Of a DNA stretch of 64,000 bases, positions 1 to 12,583 are shown one piece after another. Position numbers and translations under genes: made by a program. The notes below the pieces were generated by a model that saw nothing but the letters and a program-made list of their open reading frames with translations, was not told the DNA's origin and did no database searches. This DNA is from the human T2T-CHM13v2.0 reference genome, Homo sapiens, in assembly GCF_009914755.1 (NCBI RefSeq), contig NC_060925.1; one strand, written 5' to 3'. Numbering within the stretch: position 1 is the stretch's first letter; each line of letters opens with the position of its first letter.

Positions 1-828
1 GAGTGAGACCCTTTCTCTAAAACACAGTAAAAACATAAAAAAGACTTAGAATGAACTTTGAGAATTGGCAGGTACAGTGAACAAGATCTTTCTTCAAAGG
101 GTTTTAAGACCCTTGATGAATGGAAATGATGTAATCCAAAGATGGGGCATGAGAGAGAAGAGCAGGGGCCCTCTAAATATGATCACCAGATCTCACAAGC
201 AAACCACAGCAAGGAGAACCCGGTCCTGCCTGACCAGAGGCCATTCCCTTTGCCAAGGAAGACATCAAATCTGACACCAGAACTCCAATCTAGCATTTCT
301 ACAGTTTGTTGTATATTTCTGCTTAACTGTGTGGTAAATCTAACATATGAAATTAGGCTAGGATTGTACACACGTTAAGAGGGCAGCTCTGCAGGCAGAA
401 CGTCTGTTGGTAGAGCCTGTCTCTACAACTTACTGAATGTGTGGCATGGGCTATGTTACTTAGCATTTCCGTTCAGGGCTGTGAAAGTGCTTAGCACAGT
501 GCCACACGTGACAGGAAATGGTAACGATTAATATCATCATTGGTTATGTTCTGGCTGTTAATTTCATAATTTCCAACTTAAACAGCCTTCCAGCTAGACA
601 ATTGACTTGATGGGCTCCTGTATGTATCCACTGATGTGAAAAGTTTAGCAACCAGAGCCCTTTTTTCGGAAGGGAAGATTTATTTCAGTCTAGATGCAGT
701 CAGCATCCAACTTTGCAGAATTTGCTAGAGAGGAAAAGCCTGGCTTCATAAACCTGGCTACCTACACATCGTTCACAAACAGCAGGTCAAAGTCAAGGAT
801 GAATCCAGGACACCTAAATCATACTGAC

Positions 829-1191
829 TGATATGGTTTGACTGTGGGCCCACCCAAGTCCCATCTTGAATTGTAGCTCCCATAATTCCGCATGTCATGG
901 GAGGGATCTGGTGGGAGGTAATTGAATCATGGATGTTGGTCTTTCCCATGCTTTTCTTGTGATAGTGAATAAGTCTCACGAGACCTGATGGTTTTATAAA
1001 GGGGAGATCCCCCACATAAGCTCTTTTGCCTGCTGCCATGGAAGACGTGCCTTTGCTTCTCCTTTGCCTTCTGCCATGATTGTGAGGCCTCCCCAGCCAT
1101 GCTGAACTGTGAGTCCATTAAACCTCTTCCCTTTATAAATTACCTAGTCTTGGGTATGTCTTTATTAGCAGCACGAGAACAGACTAATACA
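829..1191 (+). mobile_element. THE1 (THE1B-like) solo LTR, ERVL-MaLR
   Basis: TGATATGGTTTG...GACTAATACA termini; perfect 5-bp TSD CTGAC. Confidence 0.92.
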
Positions 1192-1736
1192 CTGACTGAC
1201 TGACCCAATTACCTTTTTTGTTGTTGTTTAATATAGAAACAACACATTTTAGGAGTCTTATAAGTATACATGTGGTGTTGATTTTGATTCAAAATATTAT
1301 TATACTTTACAAGTTTCTGTTTCTCCTGAATGCACTTGTCTATTAACTCTGATACAGGTTTGGATAGCTGCACTTGTCAAAGTGTGCAATTGTTATTCCT
1401 CTGGGCTCTCCGATACCAGAATCTCTATATGTGAGCCAGGTATAGAGGAATTCCCTGTCTTCTTAAGGGATGACATCAGAGAGAGGCTACATGCACAGGC
1501 TCTGCAGCCCTGACGCATGGTGCAAAAGTGGACTACCACACTTACTAGCTGTACTTCTTAACTTCATTTTTCCTGTCTGGAAAATATGGTTAATTGTGCC
1601 CACCTTATGGGGCTCCTGTGAAGATCAAACAAGTAACCATACATAAAATGTTTAGAACAATTCTGGGCACATGATGAGTACATTATACAAGCATTAGCTT
1701 TTATAATTATTCAGCTTCTACATCAAATGGAAGTTT

Positions 1737-2051
1737 TTTACTTTATTTCATTAGTTTTTGGGGAAGAGGTGGTTTTTGGTTACAAGGATAATTTCTTTAG
1801 TGGTGATATCTGAGATTTTGGTGCACCTGTCACCCAAGCAGTGTACACTATATCCAATGTGTAGTCTTTTATCCCTCACGACTCTCACCCTTCTCTGCGA
1901 GTCCATTATATCATTCTATGCACTTGCATCCTGATAGCTTAGCTCCCACTTATAAGTGAGAACATAAAGATATTTGGTTTTCCATTCCTGAGTTACTTCA
2001 CTTAGAATAATGGCCTCCAACTTCATCCAAGTTGCTGCCAATGCCATTATG
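1737..2051 (-). mobile_element. 5'-truncated L1 (L1PB-like) 3' end
   Basis: L1 3' UTR motifs (CTCCCACTTATAAGTGAGAACAT); TSD TGGAAGTTT at 1728-1736 and 2052-2060. Confidence 0.8.
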
Positions 2052-2959
2052 TGGAAGTTTATCCCAGTTCTCAGGTCACCCCTGTCTGGACCCTGACTCT
2101 GAACCTCAAGGACTTCCTTAAACAAGGGTGGAAAGAGGGCAGAGAGATGGCTTTTTCCAATGTAGAGATCTGCCTGATGCCTAAAACCTAGCCCCAGATT
2201 TAAGATTCTTCTACGAGGCAGAATGGAGTGGGAGGAAACGTTATGCGATTCACGCTACAGAATGCGGTTTGGCCCATTCTTGACACTTGCATACCACCTG
2301 TGTGTGTTCTGGGGCAGGTGGAGTCTCCCTTCTGAATCTCTGGTTCTCACCTGTGCAATAAGGTAGCAGTCCCTGTGGGAAGGAGCCCCCAGGCACTTCA
2401 GATCCAGGCAGACTTGCTGAGGCAGGGCAAGCCTAAGTGCCCACACATCCAAGCCACAGTCACCTGGATTCCCTTAAGGTCTGGAAAGTAGATGATGCCC
2501 AGAGGCCAGCTACTAGAAATGGGGCACAAGGACCCAAAGAACCTGGAAACCAAGCTGGCTTATGTTCAGATGCTTGCAAAATAAGTGGCTGAGGACTCTT
2601 ACACCCTCCAAATCTTATGACTTGTGTCCTCAGAGGCTGGGAGTAGGACAGCCTGTGAGTGAGTTCTGCAAGAACTACACGTCTCTGGGGCTGGCTTGTC
2701 CTTTCCATGCAGGCTACTTTCCAAGCCCTCTAGAATAAGCCAGGCCTCTCCAGTCTGCTCCAGCATCTGCTCTGACCCTCTGGTCCCGTTAGCACCATCT
2801 CCTGTTACTCCTACCATCCATGAGTTCTGTTAGTTGGCTATCCTTTGGTGGGAGGCCGTTCCACCTAACAGTCATGACCCAGTTGCAGTACTTGCCTACG
2901 GTTTGGGGGTTTGTATTTTTGAGAGGCAGTGCCACCAAGTGGATGCTGTATAGGCACTG

Positions 2960-3195
2960 GAGGGGTAATGGGCTGAGTTTGAATCTCAATTCTGTCATTT
3001 GTTAGCTACCTGACTTTGGGCAAGTTACTTTGCCTTTCTGATTCTCGGTTCCTTCACTATAGAGAAAATTATTCTTGTATAGGGGTCATAAGGATTAGGA
3101 ACAATAAACGTAAATTTCCTGCACAGTGCTTGACACATGGTAGGTGTTCAATAGGTGGAAGCTGCTACTTCTATCATAACTATCATTATTATCAT
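2960..3195 (+). mobile_element. MIR
   Basis: Core TTTGAATC...TTGGGCAAGTTACTT...GCACAGTGCTTGACACATGGTAGGTGTTCAATA. Many other MIR fragments occur (~375-540, 1490-1710, 4120-4580, 7640-7810, 11175-11420, 18190-18400, 23250-23460, 24040-24260, 33350-33580). Confidence 0.75.
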
Positions 3196-5725
3196 CTGTG
3201 ACTCCACATCCATGTCCAGGACTGCCAGAGGAGGGTAACACAGGTAGAGAATCATGCAACCATGAAGGTTATTCAAAAGGTCATTCTATCTTAGAGTACT
3301 AGAGGGACAGACTTCAATCTCACTTTTAGCCATATCTCAGAGTTTTGACCTAAAACCCTCACCAGAACCTTCACCAGAATTCTTCCATCCTCTGAGATCT
3401 CCAAGAAACCCTTTCCAGATAAGTGGGAAAACTAAACCCTCTGAGCGGAACTCCACAGCTTTGTGACTGCAGCCTTGGCCCTGCAGCCCCACAGGTATCC
3501 ACAAAGATAGTTGGCATCTTCAAAATACTTAATAATTTTCAGCCACAGTGATAATGACCATCATAGCATAAGGATAACAATAGCAGGTTTTAAAAGGACC
3601 GTATATTGACCACAAATAGGTGTAATCACACACTCTCCATGGTGCTGCTTAGGCTATCATTTTTCCTATGCAGCTCTGACCCAATTGCAGAAAGAGAAAT
3701 TCTGCAGAACTTGGAGAGGGTGAAAAGTGCCCATCTCCTGGGCTCCCTCACCATTCCTGAGCTCTCAGAATGAGTCTCTGTTCACCAGGAGGGCGCTAGT
3801 GTGCAGGAGACAGTGGCCAAGCCTCCACCACAGCTGCCTTGCCAGGTTCCTTGTCAATACCTGTTGACATTTCCCTGAGTAATCATTCTGGGCACCTCGG
3901 TATATTTTTTCATATCGCTGGATAGATTACGGGGGCTCTATTGATTTTGTGGTTTCATGTGTGAAAGATCTAATCTTAATCCTCAGTTGTTCATTTTCCT
4001 TAACCTTTTAATAACATGATACGGAGGGAAGCTGTCAGAATGGAAATTGTTTCTGAGGCATATTGTCATAAATATATGCCACACACTGTTTTATTTTACG
4101 GGTGCAGCCATATTTTTTGAAATAATAATAATGATAAAATTTGGATAGTGTATTGCAGTTTACAAAGCACTTTTCCTTATCAACTCGTTTGATCCGATGG
4201 CAATCCTGACAGGTAAGAGTTATTTTATTTCCTTTGATCTATTTATTCTCGGAGTCTTTCCACAACATGAATTTTTATTATTATTCGCTGTGTCACAGAT
4301 GAGAAACCTGCATTGCCCAAGGTCACACAGCTTTTAAAAATAAGGTTCAGAGTTAGAGAGATCTGCACTCAAATCCTGACACTGCTAGGTTGTTGCTGTA
4401 TCACTTTGAACATAAGACTTGGGCTCTCTGTGGCTCATTTCTTTATCTACAAAACGGGGATAATGCTATCTTTCTGGGATTTTGGAGGGATTAAAGATGA
4501 TGTGGGCAAACCATCTGCACAGTACCCAACGCTTAGGAGAGGATCAACAAAAGCTATTATAATCAAAATAATAATAATATCAAATATTTGAGAAGGGCAG
4601 GGTTTGGGCCAGGACTTTATGTCAAACCTCAGTTCTCTGTTCACTTTGTTGGAGAGCAATTAGAATCTTCTCTCTCACATGCATGCATGCTTGCTCTCTC
4701 TCATTTCTTTCCTCAATTTGTAAAGCCCCAGTGAATGACAATAAACTAAGGGCTCTTGAGACGAACACTTGGAAGTCTCTGTTGATGCTGGGGGTGAAGT
4801 ACAAGAGCCATCTGGGCAGCAATGCCCTTGAGTCTTCCTCCCTGGAGCAAGATTCCAGCCAGTGACCTGGAAATCGGCCTGCAGAAGTACAGTTCCCAGC
4901 CCTGGAGGCAGGCTGGCTACACCTGTGTCCTGAGTTAAGAAAGGCTGATGGAGGCATGCAGATGTTCTCACCATAGTTTAGAGAAGTTACATATGGAGAA
5001 GTTATTAGGGATTGTGGACTTGAGCCAGAAAACCAGAAGGACGGGGGCTTTCTTCCCAGCTTGAGGCTTTGAGAAAGTCATTTCCTTTACCCACGCCTCA
5101 GCTTTCTCATCCTTAAAATGACAGTGTTCAGTGTAATTTGTGTTTCCCAGCCCAAATATAGCTGAAAACCAAAAACTACTTAAATCCTGCCCCCTCTCAC
5201 ATCCCATTTCCAGTCCTAGAATGATGAACGGGGTGGATGAGGAGAAAAAGGCAGCAGGGCAGGGATGTATAAAAGGAAAAAGAAATGTTCATATTAGGAA
5301 ATTTGAGCTCAGATGACTTCTAAATTTCTTCTGAGGACTCACATTCCATGGCTTCAGCTTTCTGGAATTGAAGCTCATTGCCATACTAGCTGTTTCACAG
5401 CTTTCTTTGTTAGACTTGAGTATTACTCATCAATGCAAGTAAGATGGAAGCAAATAGATCCTTAGCACAAAATGGCATTTTTTTCTTTCCCTTCCCCTCT
5501 CCTCCTCTCCTCTTCCATCCTTTCCCATGAGTAAATGCATACCCTTCTAGATTAAATCCTGGATCTCCACCAATAAATCCTTATATTTCCTGACTTGTGC
5601 AACTTTGGTACATGTTGTTCCCTCTGTCACGTGGACTTTTTACTGGGGTCCTCATTCTCCATCTGGTAAAATCATGTTCATCTTTTCAAGATCCATCGCA
5701 AATGTCACTCCTACTTTGAGAAGCT

Positions 5726-6141
5726 TCTATCAGTCCGTTTCTGTGTTGCCATAAAGAAATACCTGAGGCTGGGTAATTTATAAAGAAAAGAGATTTAATA
5801 GGCTCATAGTTCTGCAGGCTGCACAGGAAGCATGGGGCTGGCATCTGCTTCTTGTGAGGGCCTCAGGAAGCTTGCAGTCATGGTGGAAGGCGAAGGGAAG
5901 CAGGAATATCACATGGGAAGAGCGCAAGCAAGAGAGTGATCGGGGGAAGCCCCAGACTTTTCAAAAACCAGATCTTGTGTGAACTGAGCAAGAACTCACT
6001 CATCAACAAGGAGGTTAGTGCAAAACCATTCATGAGGGATCCGCCCCCATGATCCAATCACCTTCCAGTAGGCCCCACCTCCGATATTGGGAATCACATT
6101 TCAACATAGATTTGGAGGGGACAAACAGTTGAACTTTATCA
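5726..6141 (-). mobile_element. MST (MSTA/B-like) solo LTR
   Basis: CCATAAAGAAATACCTGAGGCTGGGTAATTTATAAAGAAAAGAG...TTTGGAGGGGACAAAC; embedded in L2-like sequence. Confidence 0.85.
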
Positions 6142-7842
6142 GAAACTTTGCCTGACTATCCCAAGAAAAGAAACCATGTCTTATTTTGGCCCTTTAGCAC
6201 TATCTCTAGGATAGTATTTGCTGGTATTTGTGACACTGTGTTGTAATTCCTTGGCCATCTGTCCTTCCTTCTCCCTCCACCTGTGCATTCCTTCAAGGAG
6301 AGGACCATGTTCTCATTCATTTTGATATCTCTAGCACTTGTAGGGATGTCCTTCTATTATGATATTAGCTTGCTGATGGGAATGTTAATAACCCTGTCAA
6401 CATAGCTTTTATTCATTTATTCACTGATTCATTTATTATTCCTAGACTCAGAATATTTTACAACATTGTAAAGGGCATTACATGTATCTTCCAGCCTCTT
6501 CATTTGTTCAGAAATTGAGGCTCAGAGAGGTAAAGTTAACTTACCTGGTGCTACCCTGCTACCCACCTTAGCAGAAGTAGAGTTGGTAGTTAACTCCATG
6601 ACCTCTCCTTCAGCCCAGTGTCTTTCTCTCAGTCCTACATGTTCAGGAGACCTATCCAGCTCACCTACTATGTTTCAGGCACTGTGCTATGTGTACAGAA
6701 AGGATGTTAATATGATATGGTTCCTGCCTCCAAGCGATTTACAGTCTAGTAGGAAAGCAGAGACCTTTTCCACATACTCTAAACCACCTATGAAGATTTA
6801 TGCCTAACTGATTCACTGACCCCCTGACCGTCTCTTGAGAGTGGACTCCAGCCCACGTCCTTTCAGGGACTCTACTCTGCCTCTTTTGCTCCGAGCTGCC
6901 TCGTGTCCTGGCTCTGGATACATCCCTTTGTATTCTGATTTTGACAGCTGTTTTGGGTTTATCTAATTCTTCCTCTTGACATTTTAGACCCAGGCTCTCT
7001 TTCATGACCTTGAGGCTTTTCTCAAGCTGTCTCTCACTGTCTTGATAAAGACTTCCTGCTCAGTTTCCAGCACCATAAACCCCACTGCTGCCCTCCCCAC
7101 CATCTCTCTGGCTAGTCCCGCACCCACCATGAAATTAACTCAAAGCTGGAACAATTACAGAGATACTTCTGTGGGCCAGCCTCCTGTGCACCTCTGGCAT
7201 GTGGGTTTACTTTTAGAGGAGAATGAATCCACTAAAGCACATCTTTCTTGAAATGATGGTTTCCAGAGCAGCAAAAGTATAGCATGCACCATTTGCAAGG
7301 AGCAATTCTTGCTCTACCTAAAATGCCATCAGCACAAAGCATGGATGGCTTTGTAGATTGTTACTTTTTGAGTAAGCTCATGTGGAGTTTGATAAAACTT
7401 ATTCCTCATGATCCATAAGCCAGGTGTTTCTACTGAGATAACATATTATTATTTGTGTTGAATCTCAGCCATTAACATAACTGATATTGGCCAAGCATTT
7501 CCCATCCTCTGGTTAGGTAACTCTCAAAAGAGCTGGGCAAGGTATGATACCAGAACATGGCCCAGGAGCTTCCTAAAGCCAAGTGGATTGCAGGTGAAAA
7601 TGAGAGGACAGTCACTTCTCCCTTATGTTCTCCAGGAAGCATGGAATAGCAAAAGAACCAGAACTTTGGTATCTGTGAGTACAGGGATCTGGCTGTACCA
7701 TTTATCTGGAGAGGGTGTTTTACCACTTTTGAGCTTCAGTTTCTTGCTTTATAAAATGGGGATGAGAATGCCCACATTACAGGGGTCTTGTGAGAAAATG
7801 AAGAAGAATGTAGATATGCTAACTCCCCACCCTAAATACCAT

Positions 7843-8044
7843 CATATATATATATATATAGACATATATATATAGACATATATATATATAGACATATATA
7901 TATAGACATATATATATATAGACATATATATATATAGACATATATATAGACATATATATAGACATATATATAGACATATATATAGACATATATATAGACA
8001 TATATATAGACATATATATATATATATATATATATAGACATATA
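7843..8044. repeat. Compound (TA)n microsatellite with periodic GACA interruptions
   Basis: Units GACA(TA)n of mostly 12-16 bp, directly visible. Confidence 0.97.
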
Positions 8045-8047
8045 GCT

Positions 8048-8560
8048 GTAAGGAGAAGGTGGGAAAGAACAGGCTTGGTGGAAAGGGGAAAATGCGAATG
8101 ATAGATAGAGGTAATTGTGAGCTGCCTAAGGGGTGGACTCCTGGACTAGCTGTGCAGAGATGAAGAGATACACGGAGCTTGTCACAGGCCAAATAGCTAT
8201 GGCTACGGGGAGGGGACAACTAGGTCTGGCCTTGCCCAGCAAGGAGTCAGGCTGTGATTTCTGGGGGACTAAGGACTGATTTGAAGCAGAACTGCAGCCT
8301 GATAAGACAGGGAGATGATCCAGTGCCACACAGAGAAGAGGCCTGCTGCCAAAAAGCTTGTCAGAACCTCAGGCAGACCCATTGGCACCCTGGGGAGGAC
8401 ATCCTGTAGCATCAGAGTGGACATCACCTACTGGAATTGAAACACAGTTCCTAAGAATGGGCTCTCATGGCCAGGATCCAAAAGGAAGGCTGTGGTTCCA
8501 CGAGGAGACCTGTTCTGAGTCGAGATGACAAAGCTATCTCCAAACCCCACCTGCTAGGGA
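8048..8560 (+). repeat. Inverted duplication, arm A
   Basis: Reverse complement of 11481-11963; about 28 substitutions in ~483 aligned bases by hand, plus a 29-bp and a 1-bp indel. Confidence 0.95.
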
Positions 8561-10156
8561 GGATAAGATTGCTAACAACCAGCTCTGTGGTCAGAGCTGG
8601 CTCAGCTGCACAGGGTAGTGCTATTGGCAGCTAAAGATAGGGTGGGGGAAGAAGAGACCTACGAAGTGTTCCCAAAGCCCTCTCCAACTCCCCGTTTGGA
8701 CAAGAAAGCCTATCAAGGCTTCCGAGACATCTAAGGAGGAGAGCCAGTAACTGCTCAGAGTACATCTTTATGATGACATTCCAGAAAATTCACCACTTAC
8801 TGTAGTTTAATTCCTCCTTGTCTATTTGAATACCTGGGTGGAAATATCAGACTCACCCAGGCTCAGTTCTACAGGTAATGTGGAGCCAAGGAGGGTCTTA
8901 GAAGAGCAGAGTAGATGAGCAAAGCTGTGTTTCTCAGACACTGCTTAAGATGCATTTCAAAGGGCAAAGACAAGGTGACCTCTTAGGAGGCTTGTTCTGC
9001 AGTGCTAGCGGGGATGAAGAAGAGAGGCTAAGGGATAAGCATGGCTAAGGTGGGATTATCAGAATCCACCTGTAAAATTAGGGAGGAGGCATGGATGGCA
9101 GGGACCCAACAGACTTCAGGCAATACTCTGTCCTTTGCCCCATGAGGATAGCCTGTCTCCACAGGAGGAAGGCTGCGATTCTTCTCCCACCCACTCTTCC
9201 TTGCAATGGAGACACCTAGAGAGTTTGGGGTAGTAAGAAAGGGTAAGGTTGAGAACCCAGCCATGTGTATTGGCCCAGACAGAGCCTTGGAAGGGAGAAA
9301 AGGAGAGGGTCACAGAAACTCATTTCATAACCAAATTTCCAGCCACTTCTCCTCTACTGGGCCTCTGCTTCTGCATATGGAGGTGGGATTGGTGGTCACT
9401 GCTGCTTCTTAGAGAGGGTCACAAGGGAGTGTAAGGAGTGCCAGCAGCCAGGTGGGTGGGCATGAGAGCAGATCTCCCTGTGCTCCTCACCAGCGCTGGA
9501 CCTCAGGCATTTTATTGATATTTAACAAGCACAAATTTAGAATTTACCATGTGCTAGGCACTTTATAATTGCTAGCCCATTTATGCCTAATTACAGTGCT
9601 AACCTCATCTCAATTTTACAGATGAGGCTACGGCAGCTCTGAGAAGTTAACTCACCCAATGTCTCAGAGCTACTAAGTGATAGAACTGGAATCCCTGTAC
9701 TTTCCTGTAGGAATATTGTACCTAAATTTCATGTACACACATGTTGATCTATGTTGATCTATGTGTGCATGAAAGATGATCTTTCAAATCAATGGTTCAG
9801 TGAAAGAAAACAAGTTGTATGCATTGCATACTATTATTTATATTTTTTAAAAAGCAAACACCTATAAAACAAAAACTATGTATGTCTGTAGTAAACTTTT
9901 GTGAATGTAAATACCTAGGAGAATCTGGAAGGGCACACTGAATGGATAATTGTTTGTCTCTGGGAAAGAAACTAGGATAAAATGGCATGGTCAACAATTG
10001 GTTTTCTCTGTAATATTGTTATATTAAGAATGTGTTTATGGTCATGGTGTAATTAAAAATACATTTTTTAAAACTAATGGAAAAATAGGGTTGGCACAGT
10101 AAGGTTAGAAGCATAGAAGCAGACATGAAAGTTTTATATCTATGAATTTTATATAT

Positions 10157-10464
10157 TCTTTTTCTTTCTTTCTTTCTTTGGTTTTTTTTTTTTTTTTTTA
10201 GATGGAGTTTCGCTCTTTTTGCCCACGCTGGAGTGCAGTGGCATGATCTCGGCTCACTGAAACCTCCACATCCCAGGTTCAAGTGATTCTCCTGCCTCAG
10301 CCTCCCGAGTAGCTGGGGCTGTAGGTGCATGCCACCACGCCTGGCTAATTTTTGTATTTTTAGTAGAGATGGGGTTTCACCATGTTCGCCAGGCTGGTCA
10401 CAAACTCCTGACTTCAAGCCTTCCAAAGTGCTGGGTTTACAGGCATGAGCCACCACACCAGGCC
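10157..10464 (-). mobile_element. AluS with a short internal deletion
   Basis: Poly-T/CTTT tail and Alu consensus; ~20 bp missing near 10418. Confidence 0.9.
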
Positions 10465-11480
10465 TATATTTTATATTGTCTAAACTTTTTAATTTTTATG
10501 TTTACTAAAATAAAGGGTGTATACTAAATAAACATGCTGTTGTTCCTTTGCAAGTTGTAAATTATAAACAATAGGCTTTGTAGATTGACAAAGATATGCT
10601 TCCTTTGATCACAGCATGGCTTTCATGGGTGAGGTGAGGTTGGCAATGATGGTGCTATAATTTTGAGAAGAAAGGCAGATTGTGAGTGATTGGGAGTAGA
10701 AATCTCTGGGCCTTCTTCCTCCTCCAACTCACTGATGGCCATGATCTCTAAAATGCCTCTGTTTTTCAGAGCTGAGTTTTGTGTGTCTCCTGAGTTAGTA
10801 AAGTCATTGGCTGTGTAAGGTACGCAAGGGTCTGGTCTTGCCCAACCCGTTTTCACATCTCTTTTGAAGAATGCATAAAGTGCAGGGTGCTTGGTTTTTT
10901 TCTGATGGTCTCTTTGTGCCTGTTTAAGGATGAGAGTGTGTCATTCAAACCTTGTCCAAAGATCAAACTCTCTTTGAGGAGGGGATTGATGGAATTCCAC
11001 TGACTGCTTTATCAGTGTAGTTTGAAGCTTAGAGAGAGAAATTGCTTAAGTGCTTGTCAGTTTTGTTTTTGATCCCAAATCCTCTTCCTTTTTCTCCAAC
11101 ACACATTGCCCACTGTCACCAAACAACCTCTTCTAGTTCAATGAGTAACTTCTGGTCCTAATTAAGGAGTCAACTTGGAGTAATGATTAAGAACCTGAGT
11201 TCTAGAGTCAGACTCTGGATGTGAATTTTAGCCCTTCCAAGTGCAGCTTCTGTGACCTGTGAGCTTTCTCTCTAAGCCTCGGTGCCATTCTTGTAAAGTG
11301 GGAACAATAATAGTTTAAACCTTACAGGGCTGTTGTGAGGATGAACTGAGACAATCTAAGTAAAGCATCTCACATGGTGTTTAATACAAATTAAAAGCTC
11401 AACAAATACTTCCTATTATTATGACATCTGCATAGCATTTCATCACCTTGGTCTAAAGGTGGGGTTTGGAGATAGCATTG

Positions 11481-11963
11481 TCCCAGCAGGTGGGGTTTGG
11501 AGATAGCTTTATCATCTCGACTCAGAACAGGTCTCCTTGTGGAACCATGGCCTTCCTTTTGGATCCTGGCCATGAGAGCCCATTCTTAGGAACCATGTTT
11601 CAATTCCAGTAGGTGATGTCCACTCCAATGCAGCAGGATGTCCTCCCCAGGGTGCCAATGGGTCTGCCTGGGGTTCTAACAAGCTTTTTGGGACCAAACC
11701 CCTTCTCTGTGTGCTGCAGTTCTGCTTCAAATCAGTCCTTAGTCCCCTAGAAATCACAGCCTGACTCCTTGCTGGGCAAGGCCAGACCTAGTTGTCCCCT
11801 CCCCGTAGCCATAGCTATTTGGCCTGTGACAAGCCCCTTGTATCTCTTCACCTCTGCATTACTAGTCCAGGAGTCCACCCCTTAGGCAGCTCACAGTTAT
11901 CTCTATCTATCATTCACATTTTCCCCTTTCCACCAAGGCTGTTCTTTCCCACCTTCTCCTTAC
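11481..11963 (-). repeat. Inverted duplication, arm B
   Basis: Mirror of 8048-8560; also visible as near-identical ORF translations [14 protein letters not shown]... on opposite strands. Confidence 0.95.
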
Positions 11964-12074
11964 TACCAGTTCTTTTTATGTTTTCTTAATAACAAAAGTG
12001 TTGTTGGTTCTTAAAACAACATTTATTTTTTTCTGACTAAAAAAAGGATAGCTATTCAGTATAGAGAAACAGGA

Positions 12075-12128
12075 CAACATTGCACATGTATCCCGGAACT
12101 TAAAATTAAACTAAATTAAATTAAAAAG
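12075..12128 (+). mobile_element. Ultra-short L1PA 3' terminal insertion
   Basis: TGCACATGTATCCCGGAACTTAAA plus A-rich tail between 12-bp TSDs AGAGAAACAGGA (12063-12074, 12129-12140). Confidence 0.8.
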
Positions 12129-12292
12129 AGAGAAACAGGAAAACAAAATAAAAAACTTCAGTGCACAGAATAAAATGGAAATCATATGTAATCCTACTAC
12201 CTGGATTTTTACAGTTTTTTTTCTATGCTTATATGTGAGTATGTACATTTACCCAACCAAATTAGAAATGTAATGTATACATGATTGTATAC

Positions 12293-12583
12293 TTTTTTTT
12301 TTTGACAGGGTCTCGCTCTGTCACCCAGGCTGGAGTGCAGGCGTGCTATCTTGGCTCACTGCAACTTCTGCTTCCCGAGTTCAAGAGATCCTCATACCTC
12401 AGCCTCCTGAGTAGCCGGGACTACAGGCATGCGCCACCACACCCAGGTAATTTTTGTATTTTTAGTAGAGACAGGGTTTCATCATGTTGGCCAGGCTGGT
12501 CTTAAACTCCTGGCCTCATGTGATCTGCCTGCCTTGGCCTCCCAAAGTGCCAGGATTACGGGAGTGAGCCACTGCATCCGGCT
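12293..12583 (-). mobile_element. Alu (J or old S)
   Basis: Full dimer consensus, poly-T at left. Confidence 0.9.

Noticed and set aside
7819-8219. Repetitive ORFs (MSIY..., YIYV..., ICLY...)
   Set aside because: Translations of the TA/GACA microsatellite; no splice or promoter support.
11792-11989. Paired ORFs [14 protein letters not shown] on opposite strands as duplicated genes
   Set aside because: Non-ATG (TTG) starts and no recognisable protein; simply a by-product of the inverted duplication.
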